Part shown: piece by piece, positions 1-12,000 of the stretch
Numbering within the stretch: position 1 is the first letter of the stretch
Layout: every line of letters starts with the position of its first letter
Assembly: GCA_019750255.1 (NCBI GenBank)
Contig: JAIEOU010000006.1
Location: 52,142 to 116,141, forward strand
Direction: 5' to 3'
Length of the DNA stretch: 64,000 nt
From: Patescibacteria group bacterium
GTDB taxonomy: Bacteria > Patescibacteriota > Minisyncoccia > Phycocordibacterales > UBA918
Translations under genes and position numbers: made by a program
The notes under the pieces: generated by a model
What the model was told of the DNA's origin: nothing
Database searches by the model: none
The model's input: the letters and a program-made list of their open reading frames with translations, nothing else

Positions 1-3000
1 GCGATAGTCTCCGCCCCAGCTGTCGAATTAAAACGAACCGTTCCGCCATTCGCAGCAAAGGTCGCGTCGTTATCAAACGAACCGCCAACTGAAAGAGTGC
101 CATTTGGAAACGTGGCATCCCCACCGGTTTCGAGTACAAAATTTCCGAGAATAACAGCGTTTGAGTCAGTAAACGTACGTTGTCGCCGCAACTCTTCCCC
201 GCTCACTGCATAGAAGGTGGTTGAACTTGCCTGATTATTGCGCTCTGTGGTCATCCAACCTCCGGTTCGCGCGACTGAAGCAATACGGAACTCATCGATG
301 CGACCATCATGGTATTGGGATGCCCCCAAACTACCCAAAGAGAAGCCGGTAAGAGTTGCGCTTGGGTCACCGGCCGCACTACTCGCAATAAACGCACCAT
401 CCAGGAAGATACTCATATTCCCACCTCCCGCTCCGGGCGATATCAAACCCATATGCGTCCACTTATCGCGGTACGATGCATAGGACGTCGTAACTCGTCC
501 TGGTACGCCAGCCGTTCCAAAGTCCCAATACAATACCGCGTCGCCCCATGGCCCATGTGCTGCAATGCGTTGTCCTCCACTTTCTGTAAACCCAAAGAGA
601 TTAGCATTTTTTGTTTCCGCAGTAGAAACATTATTCCAAGCAGTGACAGTAATGGTGTTAGAAGCATTTGGCCAGACAAAACCGGCATTTGCCAAATAGT
701 CATTCACACCATCAAAATCAATACCATTACCAAGGACGGCTGGTACGCTGTCGCTACCATCCATCGCACCAAACGAAGTCAAATTGCGTGCGTTCTGGGT
801 ACTGTCTACCATCAAGCCTGTCGGGATTGTTTCTAAGTGATACACCGCTTCGTAACCATTAGTCCACACGTTGTTTCTGCCAAACGTTGAACTGGCAGTA
901 TTTGTTGCAGCTGATGCATTACCGTAATAGACATAGAAGACCGTGTTCGTGGATGATGAAATTGTAGGCGCCTTAAAGTGAACCTCACCAGTTTTAGCCA
1001 CAGTATTAATTGCCACCACTTCAACCGGCACTTCGGTCACCCCATCTGCAGTCGTCATGCGAATATCACCCCCATCAGACCGTACCCCGCTGAAGAACGC
1101 GTCGGGTAGATTAGACAGATTAATGTAGACAGGAAAATCAGTGAGAGTTGTTGGCACTTGTGAACTCTGTACCGTTACTGAGATTCGCTTAGTCCAACCC
1201 GAGCCATACCACGATCCGCTAGATCCGCGAGTTCTAAGATTGTTAAAAGAAGAACCATTAGTGCTAACGGTATTAGCTTGCTGCACCAAAAGGATAACTT
1301 CGCCGTTGTTGTGGGCAAACACACCGGTTCCGGTAGTAAGAAAGTCTCCACCCACAGTCAAAGTACCGCCTGGGAACGTGACAGTTCCGGCAGTGATGCG
1401 GAAATTTCGTGAGGTGGTAGCTGCGCTTTCAGTAAAGCTCCAAGCGCCGGAACCGGTAAATACCAGATCATAGAAGGCATTATTAAATACAGTAGCTGAT
1501 TGCGTTATGGTGCGCCCCGCAACGGTTGATGTCATGCGCACTTCACCGTTGTTGTGAAGGAAAATTCCGTTATTAGTAAACGAACCAGCAATGGTTGTGG
1601 TGCCGGTCGGGAGCGTTACCGTGCCGGTAGCGATTGAAAGTGAACCAGACACCACCAAGGTAGCAGTTGCGAATGACCAGCTACTGCCAGCGCCAGTAAA
1701 CGAGAGATTATTAAACGCCGAAACCCCTCGACTGATCGTGCCACTCGTTGATGTTCCAACAAACGTTACGGTGCCCCCTTGCGCCACAAAGGCATTGTTA
1801 TTTGTCCAGTTTTGGAAAACGCTTATATTGAAGCCTGAACCTGAAGCATTGAGGGTGTCATCGCCACCAATCGTAACGCTTTGCGCACCGACATTAGCGC
1901 TCAGTGTAATAGTCTTGGCCGCACCATCGATTACTGCAAAGCCAATATTGGTACTAGAGGCCTTACTATCTCCCCATGTGTTACTTCCCGTGCCATCAAA
2001 CGTGGTAGTGGCGATTCCCGACATCGTACCACCGAAGCCAATTGCTAAGTTACCAGCAACTGTGATTGTCGAAGTTGCACGCGCCAAGGTGCCGTGGGTA
2101 ATCGTTAGAGAACCATTCACATCCAAACTTCGGGATAGAACGTAGCTTGCAGTACTCGATGCCTCTCCAAAACTGAGGTTAAAGAAGCTGTATTGAGTTC
2201 CCGTGGCAGTTAAAGTTTCCGTACCCGAGGTCGCGGTAAAAAGAATCGTTGACGTATCTTCGATGAAAGTCCCCTGCTGATTGTATGATCCGCTAATACG
2301 TAGCGTGTTCGTGGCCGGACGGAACGTACCGAAGTTCGCAAAGTCATGAGTTGCAACAAGGGCTCCTGGTTGATATACCGATCCGCTCCGCACTTTCAGT
2401 CGTCCGTCCCCACAGACCGCCTCTACACAAACAGTGAGCACATCCCCGACACCCACAGTGAAGAAAAGGTCCTCGTCATCGACGTTATCGAAACCAGCAA
2501 ACTGAGCATTGGTCGTCGTCGCACCATCATCGCTTCCTATAGTTAGATGGCGCTTGGTTAACTCCATATTTGTTACGTTACCAATACCATCATAGGTTGT
2601 GACGCCGACAGCTTCATTTGCATCGGTGGCACCATCGACAAAAACAGTTATTGTATCTCCGGCAAAAGCACTCACGTTACTAACCGACCAGGTTCCCGTG
2701 GCGGTAATCGATCCAGTCTTCCCTGCCTGGAGCACGCCGTTTACCGCAACGGCGACTGTACCACTCGTGGTGGTTGCAATCCCATCAAATTCACGCGCAC
2801 TTCCCGAAACAGTGATGCCTTCCGACCACTCAACTGCCCACTCATTTAGTGACGGACAGTTTCCTGCCACACAGATAAACTGAGCATCGAGTTGTAGCTC
2901 GTTGAATATCGAGGTGTCTAATGAAGAGATGTTAATCGGACCGCTCCCAAAACCTACACTATTGCCGGGCAGCACTGCGTCGGGAACAAGCGTAAACAAA

Positions 3001-6000
3001 CTGGTAGAAGCGCGGTAATACAACCGGTACTCAATCGTGCTGGCACCTGGGGTGGCCTCATTCAGGGTTATCTCTTCCCAGCGTGGACCGTCCCCATCGT
3101 CAAAGTCAATGCTTGTCGAACGCATTGATCCTCCCGTGAAAATTGGGTATGTGCGTGCCGCCATATTTGAGGCATTGGTGTACTCGGGATTTGCATCTTG
3201 GCTTGAGTTACCGGTAATGGTGGTAAGAGCACTAAAGCTTCCGGACCAGTCAGAGGCCAAAATGTCGTCATTCGTAAGAGCACCATCATCAAATGCGGTG
3301 ACATGTATCCGACCGTCTCCAGCGCGCACCACCTCCATTTCATATCCGTCAGGCATAGTACTAAGAGGAAGCTCTCCTGACAGCACCGTTGAAAATGTCT
3401 GATAAAACGAAAGCGTGCCGTTGTCTGAGTAGGTAATCATCAGGTTTCCATCCCGACCAGCAGCGGTTTCAAACGCACAATCAATAGGAAGCGCATTATT
3501 GCCGTTAGCAGCTACCGGTTCGACTTCAACCGGTGCATCCCATGATGATCCGTTCCAAAGAGCAAATCCGGAATTATTATCGTTATCAACATAACAGAGC
3601 GCCAAACGATCAGTCCCGACATCTGGCCGCAGTACGCCAAATTCCATATGATCACCAAGCGTTGCGCTACTAGCAACACTCCAGGCTGACCCGTTCCAAG
3701 TTCGAAAGAAAAGCGAGCCTGCTGCCGTTGAGGTGGTAGTTGAAACGACGAGAACGGCTTGATTGCCCGACTCTTCATAGGTGAGGGCCATACCTTCTGA
3801 TTCCGGCTCTACCAGTTCACCAAAGGTAGTAGTCGCAGTCCAGCTACTGCCATTCCATACCATTGCTTCGTAATCCACACCAGCAGCAACCGTGTGTCTA
3901 AAGACGGCAATAATTTCATCCGAAACCGGATCAGAAGCGGCGAGTACCCACTCACAGCTATTTGTATTTACCAGGTTGATTGAGGACGTTGCGGACCACG
4001 AGGTGCCATTCCAGATTGCATAGACTGCGTCAGTGCCAGCACAACTAATTGCCATCAAATCACCTGACGTGGTCTCATACGCAAGATCAACAGCGCGACG
4101 CTCGGCATTGACCACGTTATTAAAGAGCTCGAGGACGTTAGACCAGGTATCGGAGTCACTATTATATATCTGAACATTGACGTCGTTGTCGGTTCCAGTG
4201 GTACCGAGGGCATATTCCGGCCGGGTCGGAGCCGCTTTCAGTCGAACCGTCCGAACCTGAGCTCCAACACTTTCTGCTGTTTGTGCAGCATCCCAGGCTG
4301 TACCATTCCATAAACGATAACGCGGTGCCTGACCCGTCCCCTCACCATAGGTCACCATAACTTCATTCACCACCGTCGAAATCACGGCCGCGCCGGTGGT
4401 TGTAGAAATGTCTTCACGGCTATTGGTAGAGAATTGATCCCCGGTTGTTTGACTCCATACCGATGTTGTTATGGACGTATCAATCGTAAAGCTGCGTGGT
4501 GATGAATACCGAGTCCAGGTATCACTACCTCCAGGATCACGAGCCCGGACTCGCCACCAGTAGGTTGTACCGTTAAGGAGAGGACTTTGGAATTGATACC
4601 GAATTACATTCCCTGTCCTAAACGGAGATGTGTCAGAGCTCGATGCGGTGTTAATGAATCCGCCATCAATTCCCGACAAAAAGGTAGAGGACGAGGTAAA
4701 CAAGGGACTAGTGGATACTTGTACTTCATATCTAATATCTTGACTCTCTGGGTCAGTTGAAGAAAAGGTGACAGCCGGAGTAGTCGTTCCGGATTTTGCG
4801 TTATCAAATAACGTTACCAATGACGGTACAGTTGTCGTTTCTGCCCACGTCACAGTCCAAGCCTGGAGCCTTGGCACTGTGCTGTTTCCGGACAATACTG
4901 CCCTAATACGAAGCTCGTTATATGTAGAAGTGTTTAAGTTAGTCAGCGTTACTGGAGACGAGGTGAAGCCAGCACTGTTTCCAGGCAAGGCTGCATCAGG
5001 GACCAGTGCAAAAGTGTCCCCACCCACACGATACTCAATGTAATACCGAATAGAGCCAGACGTTACGTCGTGCACATAACTGAACGCTCCCCAAGCATTA
5101 CCCGTATCACGATCGTCGTAGTCAATAACGGAAGACGTTACGGTCGCTACTGTAAAACCACTATCGATACCCGTATCATTTGAACTCGTTGATACCACGG
5201 CATCGAATAGAATATTTGTGGCAAACTGCTCGCCGGTAGTCTGGAACCATGTGGTTATCGTAGTTCCGGAATTAACCGTAACACTGGTCGGAACTGACCA
5301 CTCACCGGTTGTATTTGAACCAAAATCATCACGACCCCTTACCCGCCACCAGTAGGTTGTATTGTTTGCGAGCGCAGCATTCGGAATAAAACGGATTGTT
5401 TGTCCGCTCGTATATTGACTACGTTCTGACGGATTAGAGAGGTTAGTAAACAATGCAAAGGTATCGACAGAGTTACGAGTGACTACCGGAGAGCTAAAGT
5501 CAGCCGAGTCATCAATCTCGATTTCATAGGAAATAAGATCACCAAGCGCATCATTGGCGTAAAACTCAAACCACGGTGACGTAGAAGCTGTCTGTTCGTT
5601 ATCAAAAGGGGCTTCATTAATCGGATTAGCTGGTGGCGCGTTGGTAATAAGACGCGGGTAATTCGTGTACGTATTTAGCGTAGCACCGTCGTTATAGACG
5701 AGCCGGAAACAATAGTTAGTATTTGCGGCTGCACCATTATTTTGTAGTGCAAAGTCCCACTCAGCATCGTTGCCGACAACAAGACCATTACGATTAGCAA
5801 GCGTAGGGTTACGTTCTTCATATGTCTCGGCGTAATCTGACGCAGACAAGACAGTGCTTGGCAACACTCTTCCGTCACCAATAAGCTCCTCAGATGAAAC
5901 CGCATAGAAACCGGTAGGATTTGACTGATTAGTTCTTTCAGTCAATATCCAGCCCGCTGATCGCTCAACAGACGCAATGCGGAACTCATCAATTCGACCA

Positions 6001-9000
6001 TCATGGTGATTTCCGCCAGTCGTAAGATCGCTACCGAGCGAAAAGCCGGTCAGGGCGACATTTGGATCATCTGAAATCGTCGAAGTGGCGACCGCAGTAC
6101 CATCTAAGTAGATACCCATAAACCCTGGTGTGGCTACACCGCGTGACACAAGCCCAATATGGGTCCACTTATTGCGAATGGCTGAGTAATTTGTCGTCAA
6201 TCGACCTCCGACACCACAGCAGGTACCATAATCCCAATAAAGCACCGCATCATTCCATGGCGCATGAGTTGCGAGTCGCTCAGTGCCCGACACATTAAAA
6301 CCAAACAGGCTCGCAGTCTTAGTTTCGGCTGTGGACACGTTGTTCCAAGCCGTCACAGTCACAGCATTAGAGGTATTCAGCCATGACCACGCAGTGTTAG
6401 TGAGTCGGTCATTAATCCCATCAAAATCGACACCGTTCCCCATCACACTACTGGTACTCTGGCTCCCCAACATACCACCATTAGTGGTTAGCGTTCTGCC
6501 ATTACTCGTACTATCCGTCAGGTTACTGGCAGGACTTGTCTCTAAGTGGTAAACCGCCTCGTAGCCATTAGTCCAAACATTATTTCGACCGAAGGGAGCG
6601 GTCACCGCATACCCTGAAGCCGACGGATTACCATAGTAAATATAGAACTCAGAATCAGTGCTTGTGGAGAGATCTCCCTTAAAATGAAGCTCACCCATTC
6701 TGGTTGTCGTATTAATCGATACCAGCTCAAATGGGACTTCGGTCAAGCCGTTACTCGTGGTCACTCGTATATCATCACCGTCCGACTGCACCTGAGTAAA
6801 GAAGGAGTCGGGTAGGTCATCGAGGTTTACATAGACCGGAAAATTTGTGATCACTCCACTTACGAGCGATTTGTTTACTGTGATTTTCAATCTTCGTAGC
6901 CACGACGCACTATACCAGTCACTACCAACAATACTATTTTCATAACCCCTCCATAGCGCTGTAGTCGAACTAGTATCTCCCACATCAGCCCACGCCAGGC
7001 CAGGACTACACGTAAAGCCTGGGGCATACTGCAATTTAAATTGCTCGGTCGATGTGGGTTGTATAACATTTGCCCCCCGAAGCGCGATTCGCAAACGAAT
7101 CGCTTCGCTATTACTGACCGCATAGCTCGAGTCAATAGCAGTACTTTCTGCGATGTCTACACCTCCTATAGGCCACGCATCGGTCGGTGTTAGGAAACTA
7201 CCATTGCTATACCAACGGTACGCACTTTGAATAAGTCGAGGTTCGCGAACCCACGACAATATCCAGTCTTCAAGGCTTGCCGACTCACTCCCCTGTGTCG
7301 TCAGGGTTGCTTCAAGACAAATTTGGCTGAACGTAGTCGTCGAAAGCCCAGTGAGGTTAATTGGGGACTGAGTGACATCAAATCCGGCACTGTTGCCCGA
7401 CAGGGCGCCGTTGGGCACATAAGTATCGCACGTCGTCGAGGCGGTATAGCGCAGTCGCAGCTTAACGTCGGTACCAAATGGCTCGCTGGTTGAAAACGTT
7501 ATATCTCCCCACGTCGCTTGGTTTGGTACAAAGTTGAAATTAATTATTGGAGTGCGCACAGTTCCTTGTACGAACTGGAAACGCTTAGCACTCATCGACA
7601 TCGCTTCATAGATACCTCCGGCTGGAATAACCGCCTCGAGTGTCTCGCTCGTTGTCCAACCGCTACCGTTCCAACGGGCAGTATCAAGACGATCATTCTC
7701 GTCGTCGTAATGGAGAGCCATCACAATACCATCGCTGGTACGCTCCGTTTGTACCCATAGCGCATCATTCATGTTTGATCCGGCTTGATTGGTTGTCCAG
7801 CTATTCGTTGTAGTCGAGAATGTTGCATGATAATCACCATCGACGCCCGTATCTGAGTACGGGGCAATGATATTGCCACTGCGTCCTGCCACCGTTTCGT
7901 ACTCACAGTCAATAGGCCGCCCGGTAATCGCGTTACCGGTAGTCGTCAACTCAGACGTCGCTGACCACACTCCCCCATCCCAACGAATTGCTCCGATGTC
8001 AGCATCGGCATCAACATAACAGAGCACAATGGCATCTGAGTCTGGATTTGGTGACAATGACGCATAGTATAGGTCATTTCCTATCCCCTGGGTCGTGTTA
8101 GCACTGAACTCTGATCCGTTCCAGGTGGTATAAGCAAAACTGGCCGCAGTGCCATTAGCCGCCACGATAAGCGCCTGCTCACCCGAACTTTCATAGACGA
8201 CGTCAACCCCCTCGGGCGCAACCGCGGGAGGGACACCAATAATTCGGTTATTCACCCAGGCTGTACCATCCCACACCATCGCCTCATACTGAGTGCCTGT
8301 GTCACGCACAACTACAATTATTTCGTCTGAGGTTGGATCTGAAGCGGCTTGAATGTAGTTACAGTTATTGAGTGAAGAGACGTCGATGGTACTCGTTGCG
8401 CTCCAGGACGAACCGTTCCAGATGCGAAACACTGGGTCCGCACCATTCGTGCACGAAATGGCCATGAGGTCTCCCGACAAACTTTCGTAGGTCAAGGCAA
8501 TACCGCGGTATATGTTACTCGTCAGGACGTTTGAAAGCAGCACTTGATTACCCCACGAACTACTTGAGGCTTGATAAATCTGCGCAAAGGCATCGTTTGA
8601 TTGATCAAGCGTTACCATCGCGTATTCATTACGATTGACTGCCGCTGCCGTTTCTACCCAATTTATGGTGTTACTTACCGCCACCGCATTTAACTCGAGA
8701 CCCCAACTCGTTCCATTCCACAAGCGATACCGAGGCGTCGCCACCGTACCCTCGGCATATGCCGCAAGCAATTCTTGATTGACTGTTGCATCAACCTGAA
8801 TACGATCATTTCCACTACTAACCGTGCCCACAAAACTATTTCCCTCAAACTGACCGTCAAAAGACTGGTACCAGTTAGGCACCGCCACGGCTAGATCCAC
8901 CGTCAGACTTTGTGTTACTGACCAATCACCATACTCCCCAGAGCCTGACACATCCCGGGCACGCACGCGCCAGTAGTAGGTAGCACGGTCAGTCAGGGCA

Positions 9001-12000
9001 TCAGCTGGTTGTAATTGGAATCGAATTGTTTCATTCTCATTGAACGGAGACGTATCTGTTGTTGAAGCAGTGTTGCGGAAACCGGCACTCGACGATGAAA
9101 AGCGAGTGATGCCGTTCGAGAAATCTGCACTGGTAGCAAGGGCAAACTCATAGGTAAGATTCGACGCCCCATCTGGATCAACCGACCTGAAATCAAAGAA
9201 CGGCGTTGTGGAGGCAAACCGAATGTTATCGAACGGGGTGTTAAACGTAGTCGGAGCCGCTGGGCGTTCATCGACGTCTAATTTCTTAGTCAGTGTAATT
9301 ACGGCATCAGTGACGTCATCGGTGGTAGCGTTTGCACCCTCCTGCTCTACCATCACGTTGATGGTGGCGCTAGCAGCAAGGTTCTCTAGCAGAAACACGA
9401 GCACGCCCGAGCTGTTGTCGTGTGCGTTCTGACCACGCACGTAATGTGATTTTGTTTGGGCACCAGATACAGCAACACCATTGACCTCGACCGTAATACG
9501 CGTATTTGCGTGCTGAGTACCCGAGATAAGGGCATTGTTGTAGGTGAGCAGATAGGTGCCGGCTTGATCAACAATAATATCGTCATTATTCGTCGTTGTT
9601 GAATGTGTAAAGGCGGCTTCATCTTTGATGACAGACGTATCAAACAGGAGCGACTCCCGCGGCGAATCACTCCAGTCAATACCTCCCGATAGGTTACGCC
9701 CGCGGAGCACAATCGTGTCGGCTGTGGTCATCTTTTCAATATAAATTGAACCAACAAAGCCGGTAGAGGTGGAAACAGTCACGGTTCCTGTATTTGCTTC
9801 ACGTTCTGCCGTGATCGTGAGCACCTGATTTGTGGTGGTTGCCACAACCACACCTGACCAATGCAGTGATGAATTAAAGTCGGCATCAGCATCTGCATTT
9901 GCTGCCGTATAAGCTTGCGAAAATACTCCACCAGAGACTTGCACGCCATTAAGAAGGACTCTGCCGAGAATATTCTGGTTTGAAGTAGTGTCGCCAGTAA
10001 CCGGGACACTCAGGTGAACCCGATAGGTGCCGGGGTTCAAAATAGTAATATTCTCCGGCGATATCGTATTTGAGTGTATATATCCAGCGTCTTGTCTCGT
10101 TTCGGTCCACTGGAACGGAAACGGGGTGACCTGATTGAGGTTCGTTGAGTTTGTGGTGCGCGTAGTGGTCGCCGCAAAAACATCATTGGTCGGCTGTACA
10201 TACTCAACGTACATACTCGCCTGCCCTGAAACATTAACAATATCGGTTACTTCAATTGTTCCAAGACCCTGCACCTGCACCGTTACCTCATCACCCGCCT
10301 GTGCGCCACTCAACATAAACTGAGCATGTGAAGACGATTCGGAATGACTATTGGCATTACGTATAAATCCACTCCGTCCAAGACCTTGCGGTACGGCCAC
10401 ACCATTTACACGCACCTCGACACCAACACGACTGCGACTGGCAGCACCGTCAGTTCGGGTCATCGGAAGCGTCACGGCCATGAAATAATCACCCGACTGT
10501 CTCAGGGTGACCGTCTGCGAGTTCGTAGAGGTTGAATGGGAAAAGTAATACGAGTCAACGGTCGAGGTGCTCCACTGTAGTGGGCTGGCGGCATTATTAA
10601 GGTTCGTACTGCCAACTGTTCTCGTTCCAGTAAACCACCCAATACCCGAAAGCGCGTCGGAAGCTATCTGCCAGCTACGCAATTCTCTAAAGCCATCCAT
10701 ATCCAGCGGACCGAGTAGGTAGGTATACGGACTAAGATCAGGAGCATCAAAGCGGTAGCTGAACGTCCGCTTTTCACCCTCCTTGAGTTCAACCGCTTTC
10801 CACACGAGCTCAGTAAAATCCGGTCGAGATACGACCTCAGCACCGCCAGTATCTTCAAACACAAAACCTCGGGGCACTCGCTCTACAATATCCCCGACAA
10901 AACTGCGACGCGCCTCCACCGTAATTGCAACGTCATACGCCGCCAACGGATAAATACGCGTAGGCGCGGTACGCTCAATGTCGAACGGAATATACTCATG
11001 CACCTCGAAGAAATCTTCGATTACATGAACAACGGAACCGGCAGCATTTCGGTGGGTTAGCTGAACGGTATACCGTCCAGGCGTGTTGGTGTCACCAAAC
11101 TGTGACTCGTAGTCTGGAATATTCGTCACGTTATTCTTCCCACAAGCTCCCGACTGCACAACCGGAACTTCAGATATTGCATTATTGGGATCAATAATTT
11201 TTAACTCAAGATTGGCATCACAAATTGTGTCGCCTCGATCAGTCAAGGCGGCCATCTGGAGACGCACCCGCTCTCCCGGTCCATACATCGTTTTTGTGCT
11301 ATTGACCGCCAGCACTCCCCAGTAAAATTCAAATGAATCTACATAAATATGGTCGTTTTCATTAATAGAAATTGAAAGCGCGTATTTCCCAGCAACGAGT
11401 TTCTGCGGGCGGCCCTTAAAGTGCACTATCCAGGTTGTCTCGTCATGATATTCGATAGATACAGGCACATCGACCACTTCGCCAAAAGCATCAGTCAGCC
11501 GTACTGAGTCAACGCTGTAGATGTTTTCACTAAAGACAGCATTCCACATCCGGCGTAAGAAGCCATCTTGGGGAGCGTAGCTGAGAGTAAACGATGGAAG
11601 CGAACTAAGCGTCTGATCAATGTCAGGATTATGCAGCCCATGGAACTTAGGCAGGGCCAAATCGCGCTCATAGGTTATCTGGTCAGTCGTACTCGCGAGA
11701 CTAGCATCCTCGTAAAAACTTCCCGCCGTCACCTCGAGCCAGACACTCTCCACATACGCCGACTCCATCGCCTCGAGGTTACCCTCAAAGACGACTCGCA
11801 CCTCTAAGTTGGATAAGTCCGCAAGCTGTGGTGGTGTTTCAAAAGAAATGAGGTAATAACCCCCGTTAATACCATTGGAAACTTCATCTTCTACATCAAT
11901 AATTGATGCGACTTTAAATTCAGTCGTACTACCGTATCTGAACTCAATAGAAAAGCGCTGGGGACCACTGTAATCCGTTGCTGAGTTTCTTTTTGCTGCT